From positions 1-40,015 of the forward strand of contig JAFQUU010000032.1 of the NCBI GenBank assembly GCA_017408305.1: a stretch of 40,015 nt of DNA, in the 5' to 3' direction. Positions 8,078 to 15,435 of this stretch are shown here, piece after piece. The notes under the pieces were generated by a model, which made no database searches, was not told the origin of the DNA, and worked only from the letters and a program-made list of their open reading frames with translations. This DNA is from Clostridia bacterium (GTDB taxonomy: Bacteria; Bacillota; Clostridia; Christensenellales; UBA1242). How positions within the stretch are numbered: position 1 is the first letter of the stretch; every line of letters begins with the position of its first letter. Position numbers and translations under genes: made by a program.

Positions 8078-9811
8078 ATGAAACAAAAACAGCCACTTTC
8101 AAATTTTGATTTAAATCAAAAATTGTTTTGTTTTCCACTGTTTGTGGGGTTGTTTTGTCAAATGGACAAAAAATGTGTTTGTTGTTATGTTGATAAAAAA
8201 AGTGGTGAAATAAAATTAAAATCTTTTAACGCAAAAAACAGTTTGTTTTATCATGCTGGTATTCCTATTTTGCGAGGTATAGAATTTTTTGTTTTTTCAA
8301 TTATTAGTTATTTTCAAACGCTTAAAATTTTTGCATGGCATAGAAAATCTATCAATGCAGAAAAAGAAAGCCTTGATATCTTAAAAAAAACTTTGCTTGT
8401 GATTGGGATTGCAATTTTAATGGTAATAGGTGCCCTGTTTGTTGGGTGGGGAATTTTTGGGACACTTCCAAGCAAAATTGGGTTTTGGATTTTTCCAAAC
8501 AACTACAGTCCCGTTTTAAAAAAATTTTGTATTGCACTTGTTCGGCTTGCACTAATTGTCCTACTAATTTTAACGCTTTGGTTTGTGCCAAAATTTAAGG
8601 CACTTTGCAGGTTTAACACAGCAGGGAATATTACAATAAAAGGCAAAAATTTTTCTTCATTAAACTTTTTTAATGTTGTATCTCTTGCTTTACTCATAGA
8701 TGTTTTTGTGGTAACATTATTAGGGCTTACAGGAAATTTTTTACTTATCTTTCTTGTAAATATTGTTTTGTTTTTGCTGGCAAGTGGAGTGAGTTTTGAA
8801 ATTTGCTTGTTTCAAGAAAAAAAAGGTGGTTTGTTAGAAAAACTTTGTATGCTGACAAGTTTTTTGTTTTTCAGCCCTTGTGGTAAAACGGAAAAACAGG
8901 TGGCAAATGGCGTTATAATGGAGTGTGAACTTATGAAAAATGAAGATAGGGTATTGCTTGAAGAAAATGATTTGGGTCATGGAGAGGTGGCACTTGCGTT
9001 TGTGCTTGCAGATGTAAAAAATGCTTTAAAAAAAGCAGGCATTGAAGATTTTGGTGAGGCTGAGTGGCTGGTTGCAAATGTTTTGGGTGTTAAAAAACTT
9101 GACATAAGATTTGTAAAAGCCGTTACCTCTCAGGAAAAAAGAAAAATAGATATGGCACTTGAAAGGCGTCTTAATCACGAACCAATTGACAAAATTTTTG
9201 GGTTTACAGAGTTTTATGGTTTAAAATTTAAGGTAAATAAAAATGTTTTATCGCCAAGGCAAGAAACTGAACTTCTTGTTGAAAATGTCCTAAAAGAAAT
9301 TGAAGGAAAAAAAGTGCGTGTCCTTGATTTATGCACAGGCAGTGGTGCAATTGCAATTTCAGTTGCTAAGCACTCTCAGGCCGAAGTTTTGGGGGTAGAT
9401 ATAAGTGAAAGTGCATTAAGCATTGCAAAGTTTAATGCCGAAAACTTAGGGGCAAATGTAAAATTTAAGCATTCTGATATGTTTTCAAAACTTGGAAGAA
9501 ACAAGTTTGACATTATTGTCAGCAATCCTCCATACATCAAAACCAACGAAATTGAATTACTAGAAAAAGAAGTTAAGAACTTTGACCCCAGAATTGCACT
9601 TGATGGTGGCGAAGATGGTCTTTACTTTTATCGCTTAATTGCAAGCCTTGCACCAATGCACCTTAAACCAAAAGGCAAACTTTTTTTGGAAATTGGGTTT
9701 AGGCAGGGTACAAAACTAAAAAAACTATTGACAGAGAACTTTGAAAATATTAAAATACTAAAAGATTATGAGGGTAAACAACGAATTGTTGTTGCTACAA
9801 AAAAAGGATAA
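8078..9811 (+). CDS. prmC: In-frame fusion: degenerate DUF1385 (YqhQ-like) membrane domain plus release-factor glutamine N5-methyltransferase PrmC
   Basis: C-terminal half has 'LDLCTGSGAIAI' and 'VSNPPYI'. N-terminal ~285 aa has 'IPILRGIEFF' and 'VSFEICLF' like DUF1385, but 'RFNTAGNITIKG' replaces the family's 'YHGAEHK'. No stop codon separates the two parts. Confidence 0.8.
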   Translation: MKQKQPLSNFDLNQKLFCFPLFVGLFCQMDKKCVCCYVDKKSGEIKLKSFNAKNSLFYHAGIPILRGIEFFVFSIISYFQTLKIFAWHRKSINAEKESLDILKKTLLVIGIAILMVIGALFVGWGIFGTLPSKIGFWIFPNNYSPVLKKFCIALVRLALIVLLILTLWFVPKFKALCRFNTAGNITIKGKNFSSLNFFNVVSLALLIDVFVVTLLGLTGNFLLIFLVNIVLFLLASGVSFEICLFQEKKGGLLEKLCMLTSFLFFSPCGKTEKQVANGVIMECELMKNEDRVLLEENDLGHGEVALAFVLADVKNALKKAGIEDFGEAEWLVANVLGVKKLDIRFVKAVTSQEKRKIDMALERRLNHEPIDKIFGFTEFYGLKFKVNKNVLSPRQETELLVENVLKEIEGKKVRVLDLCTGSGAIAISVAKHSQAEVLGVDISESALSIAKFNAENLGANVKFKHSDMFSKLGRNKFDIIVSNPPYIKTNEIELLEKEVKNFDPRIALDGGEDGLYFYRLIASLAPMHLKPKGKLFLEIGFRQGTKLKKLLTENFENIKILKDYEGKQRIVVATKKG

Positions 9812-9815
9812 AAAT

Positions 9816-10892
9816 ATGTTTATTGAAACAACTAAAAAATTTAAAGAACGCTATGATGAACTGACAGACCTGATTATGAAGCCTGAAATTATCGCTGATA
9901 ACAAGGAGTGGAAAAAACTTGTTAAAGAAAGAAGTGGCCTAGAAGAAATTGCAAACAGCCATGTGGAGTATGAAAAAGCCCTTCTTGACAAAAAGGGTAT
10001 GGAGGAAACCATTGCCACAGAAACTGACCCTGAAATGAAAAAGTTTTTTGAAGAAGAACTGTATGAACTTAATGGCAAAATCTCACAAATGGAAGAGGAA
10101 ATAAAAATTCTTCTTCTTCCAAAAGATGAAAACGATAGTTCAAACGTTATTATGGAAATTAGGGCAGCAGCAGGAGGCGAAGAAAGTGCACTTTTTGGCG
10201 TTGAGCTTTTGAATATGTACAGGCGTTATGCCGAACGCCAACGTTGGCAAGTTGAAATGATTGATATTTCTGAAACCGAACTTGGTGGCATTAAGGAATG
10301 CACATTTATGATTAAAGGCAAAAATGTGTATAAAAACCTTAAGTTTGAAAGTGGCGTGCATAGGGTGCAAAGGGTTCCTGAGACTGAATCTCAAGGCCGT
10401 GTGCATACTTCAACCACAACTGTTGCTGTGCTTCCTGAAATGGAAGAGGTGGATTTTGAAATTCAGGAAAAAGACCTTCGCATTGACACATATCGTGCAA
10501 GTGGGGCAGGTGGCCAGCATGTTAACAAAACAGACAGTGCAATCCGTATGACTCATATACCAACAGGCATTGTGGTTTGCTGTCAGGATGAACGCAGTCA
10601 ACTTAAAAACCGTGAACGAGCAATGAATATCATGAAAAGTAAACTTCATGACTTTTATCAAAACCAAATTACAAGCGAGTATAAAGAAAATCGTCGCAGT
10701 CAAATTGGAAGTGGCGATAGAAGCGAACGCATAAGGACATACAACTTCCCACAGGGCAGAATAACTGACCATCGCATCAATTTTTCAATGTACAGTATGT
10801 CAAGTTTCCTTGATGGAGATATTCAAGAAATGATTGATGAACTGCTCCGTGCAGACCAAAAACTAAAACTTGAAGAAGCAAGTGGTAAATAA
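9816..10892 (+). CDS. prfA: Peptide chain release factor 1
   Basis: 'SGAGGQHVNKTDSAIRMTHIPTG' (GGQ) and 'RVPETESQGR' (PxT). ATG 9816 lies just after the prmC stop. Confidence 0.95.
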   Translation: MFIETTKKFKERYDELTDLIMKPEIIADNKEWKKLVKERSGLEEIANSHVEYEKALLDKKGMEETIATETDPEMKKFFEEELYELNGKISQMEEEIKILLLPKDENDSSNVIMEIRAAAGGEESALFGVELLNMYRRYAERQRWQVEMIDISETELGGIKECTFMIKGKNVYKNLKFESGVHRVQRVPETESQGRVHTSTTTVAVLPEMEEVDFEIQEKDLRIDTYRASGAGGQHVNKTDSAIRMTHIPTGIVVCCQDERSQLKNRERAMNIMKSKLHDFYQNQITSEYKENRRSQIGSGDRSERIRTYNFPQGRITDHRINFSMYSMSSFLDGDIQEMIDELLRADQKLKLEEASGK

Positions 10893-10893
10893 G

Positions 10894-11307
10894 ATGATCA
10901 AATTTGTTGAAAGTAGTTCCATGAAAGTTGATGTTTTAAAGCATCAACAAAAGCAAATTTCTTCTTTAGACAAAATTGAAAAGGTGCTTGAAGCAAAAAA
11001 GGCACTTGGTTTTGACATTGCCATGGATAATCAAACGGTGGGTTTTGCCATGGTAAGAGAATATCAAAATAACAAATATTTTTTGTGGGTGTATGCAATT
11101 GATAAAAAATTCCAAGGTCAAGGGCTTGGTAAAAAATGCTTGAAAGAGTTTTTAGTGTTTTTAAAGCAAAACTATGGTTGCACCGAACTTTCAACAACTT
11201 ACAAAATGGGAAATACTGTAGCAAAAAATTTATATGAAGGCCTTGGCTTTCAAGAAATAGAAAAAGTTGAAGAAGAAAAAGAAGTGGATATGATTTTAAA
11301 ATTATAA
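10894..11307 (+). CDS. GNAT-family N-acetyltransferase
   Basis: 'IDKKFQGQGLGKKCLKEF' acetyl-CoA motif (Q/RxxGxG) and 'KNLYEGLGF'. ATG 10894 lies 1 nt after the prfA stop. Confidence 0.75.
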   Translation: MIKFVESSSMKVDVLKHQQKQISSLDKIEKVLEAKKALGFDIAMDNQTVGFAMVREYQNNKYFLWVYAIDKKFQGQGLGKKCLKEFLVFLKQNYGCTELSTTYKMGNTVAKNLYEGLGFQEIEKVEEEKEVDMILKL

Positions 11308-11309
11308 AA

Positions 11310-11338
11310 AGTGGCTTGCGAAACAAGTCACTTTTTTT
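11310..11338. terminator. Bidirectional terminator (GNAT / 285-aa gene)
   Basis: agtggcttg-cgaaa-caagtcact stem-loop, A-run before and T-run after. Confidence 0.7.
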
Positions 11339-12194
11339 ACAAACTTTTGTCCAAATCTTCTTCAGGTGAAAATCCATTTAGAAGCTTTTCGCAATACTCT
11401 GAAATAAACTGTGATGCATTTACGGCGTTATCAAAACTTTGCGAGATGTGCTGGCGATTTTCATCTTCTCCTGCAATAAAATGCACTGTGCAGTTTGGCA
11501 AGTTGTGGTTTACATACTTCGCATAAGCATTAACAATATCAACACAACCTTCCAAAAATGCCACTGCAAAAGTGGAAGACACAAAAAATGGTTTTTGAAA
11601 TTTATCATTTAAAATGTCAATTTGCAAAATTGTTGGCTCTTTGTCGCCTTCTTGAAGATTAATTTCATTTTCAATAAAAAATTTTTTAAACAAACTTTCT
11701 TCTTTGCCACAAGAAATTGTATTGCGATAGTCCCTTTTTTTAATTCCATTTTTGTTTTTTGCAAAAAAAACAAAATCGCTGTTTGGTGAAGAATAAACTT
11801 TGTGCCCAAATTTTTCTTCCATAATTGTTTGGATTTCTACAATGTTTTTTGCAACCTTATTAATGTGTTTATCCAAAAGTTTGGTGCCATAGATGCTCTT
11901 GTCGTTTTCCATCATATAATTTAAGATATTTTTGTATGCAAACCACTTTCCAAATAAAATTCTGCCTTGTGGGTCGCTTACAATATCAAAATTTCTTGCA
12001 TCATAAGCAAAGTTGTTTTTTTGCGAGTTAAGATAGTCCAAATCACTATTAATTAAAAATTCTTCCTGAAGTGTTGCAGGTTGATTAAGTGTTGCAGGTG
12101 TAATTTCAAAAGTTTGGTCATAAAAACCTTGTGATTTTTCTAAAAATGCATCAGCATCTAATTTTTGCTTTTTTCTAAATAGCCCAAATGCCAT
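11337..12194 (-). CDS. Hypothetical protein, 285 aa, no recognised domain
   Basis: Long ORF with AGGAGA SD. Promoter TTGACA (complement of 12238-12243), 17 nt, TATAAC (complement of 12215-12220). Confidence 0.6.
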   Translation of the reverse strand: MAFGLFRKKQKLDADAFLEKSQGFYDQTFEITPATLNQPATLQEEFLINSDLDYLNSQKNNFAYDARNFDIVSDPQGRILFGKWFAYKNILNYMMENDKSIYGTKLLDKHINKVAKNIVEIQTIMEEKFGHKVYSSPNSDFVFFAKNKNGIKKRDYRNTISCGKEESLFKKFFIENEINLQEGDKEPTILQIDILNDKFQKPFFVSSTFAVAFLEGCVDIVNAYAKYVNHNLPNCTVHFIAGEDENRQHISQSFDNAVNASQFISEYCEKLLNGFSPEEDLDKSL

Positions 12195-12264
12195 AGTAAA
12201 TTCTCCTGACTTTTGTTATATCACAGGTTTGAAAGGTTGTCAATAAATAAAAAAAGCCCAAGAT

Positions 12265-12801
12265 TTAAGGCTCTTTGATTATGATTTTTGCGTTAATAAA
12301 ATTGATTTGTCTATGCTGTTGGTGTCTAAGTTCTGGTCTTCGAAAACATAAAAGGTCAAACGCTTCCCACACAAACACCCAAGAAAAAATGCTAATTGCC
12401 CCTTGCACAACAACCAAAATTTCTTTAAAGGTTAGGACAAGTGAAATTGTTAAAGTGCATAGGCCAATAAAAAGTGTAATTAATGCAAACCAAATATAGT
12501 TTTTCAGTTTTCTTTCGCTTTCAACAAATTCGTTATAATAGTAGTTTTTGATTGCAGTGGATATGGTTTCGTGGTCATACTTTTTTGTTGTGATTTCAAG
12601 GGTTAAGTCTTCCTTGATTGGCACATCTTTTACTGCGTTTTCCAAAAATTCAGCAAAATCGCCACTAATCACTTTTTGGTTGTTTTCTGCAAATGGCGAA
12701 ATCACATTTTTGCTATCATTAAGCGAAATTTGCACAGGGTTTGATGGTGGACTTACCCTATTTTTTTTAAGATTTCTTTTTGCTTTTCCGTACTTTGTCA
12801 T
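12265..12801 (-). CDS. Hypothetical membrane protein, 178 aa, two C-terminal TM helices
   Basis: ATG 12801 follows AGGAGA. Promoter TTGCAA (12844-12849), 17 nt, TATACT (12821-12826), minus strand. TM segments 'IWFALITLFIGLCTLTISLVLTF' and 'GAISIFSWVFVWEAFDLLCF'. The track extension to 12999 runs through the tRNA and is an artefact. Confidence 0.6.
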   Translation of the reverse strand: MTKYGKAKRNLKKNRVSPPSNPVQISLNDSKNVISPFAENNQKVISGDFAEFLENAVKDVPIKEDLTLEITTKKYDHETISTAIKNYYYNEFVESERKLKNYIWFALITLFIGLCTLTISLVLTFKEILVVVQGAISIFSWVFVWEAFDLLCFRRPELRHQQHRQINFINAKIIIKEP

Positions 12802-12863
12802 ATTTTCTCCTGATATTTTCAGTATAACAGTCCAAAAAGCAAATTGCAAATTTTTGGCAATAA

Positions 12864-12892
12864 AAAAACAAACCCGAATGGTTTGTTTTTTT
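12864..12892 (-). terminator. Terminator downstream of tRNA-Glu
   Basis: Minus strand aaacaaacc-attcg-ggtttgttt followed by a T-run. Confidence 0.6.
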
Positions 12893-12896
12893 AGAT

Positions 12897-12971
12897 TGGT
12901 ACTCCTAAGGGGAATCGAACCCCTGATTCCACCGTGAGAGGGTGGCGTCTTAACCGCTTGACCATAGGAGC
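12897..12971 (-). tRNA. tRNA-Glu (anticodon CUC), CCA encoded
   Basis: Reverse complement GCTCCTATGGTCAAGCGGTTAAGACGCCACCCTCTCACGGTGGAATCAGGGGTTCGATTCCCCTTAGGAGTACCA folds as a cloverleaf: 7-bp acceptor with G1-U72, D-loop AAGCGGTTAA, anticodon stem CCACC/GGTGG with loop CUCUCAC, T-arm AGGGG-TTCGATT-CCCCT. Confidence 0.85.
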
Positions 12972-12987
12972 ATATATTTATAAAAAT

Positions 12988-13016
12988 ATTATACCACAAA
13001 CCTTTGAGTTTTGCAA
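12988..13016 (-). promoter_or_regulatory. Promoter of tRNA-Glu
   Basis: Minus strand TTGCAA, 17 nt, TGgTATAAT. The -10 ends about 16 nt upstream of the mature 5' end. Confidence 0.6.
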
Positions 13017-13102
13017 GGGTATTTTAAAAAAATTAGTGAGTTTTTGATTTTGTTTGACTTTTTGAAGTGCGTTTAATATATTTATATCAAAGGGGGTGGA
13101 AT

Positions 13103-13291
13103 ATGTTTAGGTTTGGGACAGGTTTTGGAATTCTTGAATGTCCGTTAAGTGAATTTTTTAATGAGGATATTTACGGTGAAGATGCAAATCAAGACAAAGA
13201 AGAAACGCTTGAAAATATAAAATTTTCAAACAAAAAAAAGCTAAAATACCTAAAAGTGGCCTTTGAAGAAACGCTTGATATGGAAAGATAG
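13103..13291 (+). CDS. Small protein, 62 aa, 'MFRFG' family copy 1
   Basis: ATG 13103 after AAGGGGG. Promoter TTGACT (13054-13059), 17 nt, TATATT (13077-13082). Paralogous to the next ORF. Confidence 0.55.
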   Translation: MFRFGTGFGILECPLSEFFNEDIYGEDANQDKEETLENIKFSNKKKLKYLKVAFEETLDMER

Positions 13292-13301
13292 GGAGTAGGT
13301 T

Positions 13302-13508
13302 ATGTTTAGATTTGGTTATGGCATTGCACCGTTAAATTGCAAATTAAGTGAATTTAACCACGAAAAAGGTAAACCAACAAATGAACCCGTGAAGCGTAAG
13401 TTTTACAATTCTTATGCGTTTCAAGAAGAACCATTGAAATATAAGAAAAAAAAGAAGTTGAACAGTAAACCAAAAACTTTTGAAGAAGAATTTGATGTGG
13501 AGAGATAA
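13302..13508 (+). CDS. Small protein, 68 aa, 'MFRFG' family copy 2
   Basis: Shares 'MFRFGxG....C.LSEF' at the N-terminus and 'FEEx.D.ER' at the C-terminus with copy 1. SD GGGAG lies upstream. Confidence 0.55.
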   Translation: MFRFGYGIAPLNCKLSEFNHEKGKPTNEPVKRKFYNSYAFQEEPLKYKKKKKLNSKPKTFEEEFDVER

Positions 13509-13567
13509 AATCTTCTTTTTTTGAATATAATAGATTTTTTTTGAATAGTTTACTTCAAGGAGAATTT

Positions 13568-13933
13568 ATGAATAAACTTGATAAAATCCATAAAGAACTA
13601 GATTTTTATACGCAAACAGGCTTGGCGATTAAACTCAACTCTTTACGTGCGGCAAGAGCAAGCCTAAAAATTGATACAGTCAAGTATTCAATTGTTGGAG
13701 CGAGTGTTGGATTGTTTGGTGGCGTGGGAGAGTTTTTGCTTGCAAGTAGGATTGAGGATTGGAATTGTATTCTTTCGCCTGCAGAGTTTGGGCTTGCAGT
13801 TGGGGGCACCGCTTTTATTTGCATAAGTGCTGTGCCTATAGGCTGTTATTTGTTTCACAAACGCAAATTTTTAAAAAATTATGAAAAAAACAAGGATATT
13901 AAAATTCCACTTGGTGATGAATTAAAAATGTAG
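13568..13933 (+). CDS. Small membrane protein, 121 aa, two TM helices (holin-like topology)
   Basis: ATG 13568 after AAGGAGA. TM segments 'YSIVGASVGLFGGVGEFLLAS' and 'FGLAVGGTAFICISAVPIGCYLF', with a basic C-terminal tail. Confidence 0.55.
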   Translation: MNKLDKIHKELDFYTQTGLAIKLNSLRAARASLKIDTVKYSIVGASVGLFGGVGEFLLASRIEDWNCILSPAEFGLAVGGTAFICISAVPIGCYLFHKRKFLKNYEKNKDIKIPLGDELKM

Positions 13934-13968
13934 GGAATATTTTTGGTGTTTTTTGCAAAAATCATGTT

Positions 13969-14373
13969 ATGAATAAAAATAAGATAGAGAAATTTTTCAG
14001 TGTTGCAGAAAAATATCTTGGTTTCCCGTATGTTTGGGGTGGTGAAAGTCCAAAAACATCTTTTGATTGCTCGGGGTTTATATACTGGGTAATGAAAAAG
14101 GCAAAACTTGGAAGAGCAAAAAGACTTACCGCCCAAAAAATTTTTTACAAGTTGTGCTATAAAATCAAAACCTGTGAAATACAAAGGAGAGACTTTCTTT
14201 TTTTTGAAAAAACATATAAAACTAATAGGCGAATAACACATGTTGGTGTGTATGCTGGAGAGGGGCTTATGCTTCATTGTGGTTCAAAAAATGGCGTTGA
14301 ATATGTGGATTTAAAATCTTCGCCCTTAAAAAACAATTTTTATTGTGCAGGTCGCCCTAAAATGTTCTTATAA
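13969..14373 (+). CDS. NlpC/P60 (C40) cell-wall peptidase, catalytic domain only, no signal peptide
   Basis: 'YVWGGESPKTSFDCSGFIYWV' (catalytic Cys) and 'ITHVGVYAGEGLMLHC' (His). Confidence 0.8.
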   Translation: MNKNKIEKFFSVAEKYLGFPYVWGGESPKTSFDCSGFIYWVMKKAKLGRAKRLTAQKIFYKLCYKIKTCEIQRRDFLFFEKTYKTNRRITHVGVYAGEGLMLHCGSKNGVEYVDLKSSPLKNNFYCAGRPKMFL

Positions 14374-14375
14374 AA

Positions 14376-14405
14376 AATCGCCACTTCGATAGTGAAGTGG
14401 CGATT
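14376..14405. terminator. Hairpin repeat A1 (bidirectional terminator)
   Basis: Perfect 12-bp stem aatcgccacttc/gaagtggcgatt, loop gatagt, flanked by A6 and T4. Confidence 0.8.
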
Positions 14406-14714
14406 TTATTTTTCATGTTCTTGCTCTAATGAGTTTAAGTTCTTCAAGTGTTTTGCAAGGTTTTTATTTCTAATATTTATTACTGATTGTTTAAGTTTGG
14501 AAAACTTTGGTAAGTCTATGCCAGGCACAAAAACACAGCACCAATTACGCCTGTATGTTCTTGCACCTTTCTCAACCCCCTCGGCTTTTTGCATACTTTT
14601 AAAGTCTTTCCACCAGCTATAACCTTCACGAATTTTACCATTGCCTAAAAGATAAATTTTATTAGTTTCGAAATTTAATCTACCTATTTTCATGCCACCT
14701 GAACCACCTGGCAT
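14406..14714 (-). CDS. Small basic protein, 102 aa, 'KIGRRP' family copy 1 (long form)
   Basis: AAGGAGG SD. Promoter TTGACA (14767-14772), 17 nt, TATAAT (14744-14749), minus strand. Paralogous to 14825..15127, 15227..15397 and 15436..15615. Confidence 0.7.
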   Translation of the reverse strand: MPGGSGGMKIGRLNFETNKIYLLGNGKIREGYSWWKDFKSMQKAEGVEKGARTYRRNWCCVFVPGIDLPKFSKLKQSVINIRNKNLAKHLKNLNSLEQEHEK

Positions 14715-14794
14715 AATATTTACCTCCTTTCTGCTTTGACTATATTATATTTTGAGAGAAGAAAATTGTCAAACAAATTAAATCACATAGCAAA

Positions 14795-14824
14795 AATCAC
14801 TACTTCGATAGTGAAGTGGCGATT
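14795..14824. terminator. Hairpin repeat A2
   Basis: Same hairpin as A1 with two changes in the left arm (one mismatch, one G-T pair). Lies directly after the stop of copy 2. Confidence 0.7.
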
Positions 14825-15127
14825 TTATTTTTCATGTTCTTGCTCTAATGTGTTTAAGTTTTTCAAGTGCTTTGCAAGGTTTTTATTTCTAATATTTATT
14901 ACTGACTGTTTAAGTTTGGAAAACTTTGGTAAGTCTATGCCAGGCACAAAAAGACAACACCAATTGCGCCTGCCAGTTGTTGCACCTTTTTCAATCCCCA
15001 AACCTTTTCGCATACTTTTATTTTCTTTAAGCCAATCATAATCATCACGAATTTTAGCGTTACCTAAAAGCCCCATTTTCTTAGTTTCAAAGTTAAGGGT
15101 TCCCATAGGCCTTCTTCCAATTTTCAT
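14825..15127 (-). CDS. Small basic protein, 100 aa, 'KIGRRP' family copy 2 (long form)
   Basis: AAGGAGA SD. Promoter TTGACT (15177-15182), 18 nt, TATAAT (15153-15158), minus strand. The C-terminal 44 aa differ from copy 1 at 2 positions. Confidence 0.7.
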   Translation of the reverse strand: MKIGRRPMGTLNFETKKMGLLGNAKIRDDYDWLKENKSMRKGLGIEKGATTGRRNWCCLFVPGIDLPKFSKLKQSVINIRNKNLAKHLKNLNTLEQEHEK

Positions 15128-15193
15128 AATGTCTCCTTTTGTATTTTTAAGTATTATACGATAATAGTGTATGAAAAGTCAACAATATAGCAA

Positions 15194-15223
15194 AAATCGC
15201 CACTTCGATAGTGAAACAGCGTT
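15194..15223. repeat. Hairpin repeat A3 (decayed copy)
   Basis: Left arm and loop identical to A1 (aatcgccacttc gatagt). Right arm mutated (gaaacagcgttt), so the stem is largely lost. Confidence 0.6.
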
Positions 15224-15226
15224 TGA

Positions 15227-15397
15227 TTACCAGTCATTTCTGCGAGATTTGGCATCTTTAGCAATACCCTTGCCTTTTGCCATTCTTTCGTTTTCTTTAA
15301 ACCAATCGTAGTCGTCCCTTAAAGGGGTGTTGCCAAAAAGGTAAATCCTTTTTGTTTTAAAACCCAAAGGACCAGTAGGTCTTCTTCCAATTTTCAT
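15227..15397 (-). CDS. Small basic protein, 56 aa, 'KIGRRP' family copy 3 (short form; absent from the ORF track)
   Basis: Hand translation: MKIGRRPTGPLGFKTKRIYLFGNTPLRDDYDWFKENERMAKGKGIAKDAKSRRNDW*. An in-frame ATG two codons upstream (15403) is also possible. Weak SD AAGAGAG. Probably co-transcribed with copy 4. Confidence 0.6.
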   Translation of the reverse strand: MKIGRRPTGPLGFKTKRIYLFGNTPLRDDYDWFKENERMAKGKGIAKDAKSRRNDW

Positions 15398-15435
15398 ACT
15401 CATCTCTCTTTTTCAGTTTCATAATTATTTTATAA

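Noticed and set aside
8918-8935. Treating DUF1385-like and prmC as two separate genes
   Set aside because: No stop codon separates them in this frame, so the sequence as given encodes a fusion. The internal ATG 8933 with GGAG upstream is kept only as a possible secondary start.
12802-12999. N-terminal 66 codons of track ORF 12265..12999
   Set aside because: The extension reads straight through the tRNA-Glu gene, its terminator and the promoter of the real gene. ATG 12801 has an AGGAGA SD.
13103-13508. MFRFG peptides as RiPP or bacteriocin precursors
   Set aside because: No modification enzyme, leader peptidase/ABC exporter or immunity gene of a known type is nearby. The peptides are long, highly charged and lack Gly-Gly-type leaders.
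14392-15041. Plus-strand ORFs 14392..14622 and 14736..15041 (hydrophobic, Cys/Phe-rich, 76 and 101 aa) that look like a conserved pair
   Set aside because: They are antisense to KIGRRP copies 1 and 2. They start inside the terminator hairpins, have no SD or promoter, and are 'conserved' only because the underlying DNA is ~96% identical. The minus-strand genes have consensus promoters and SDs.
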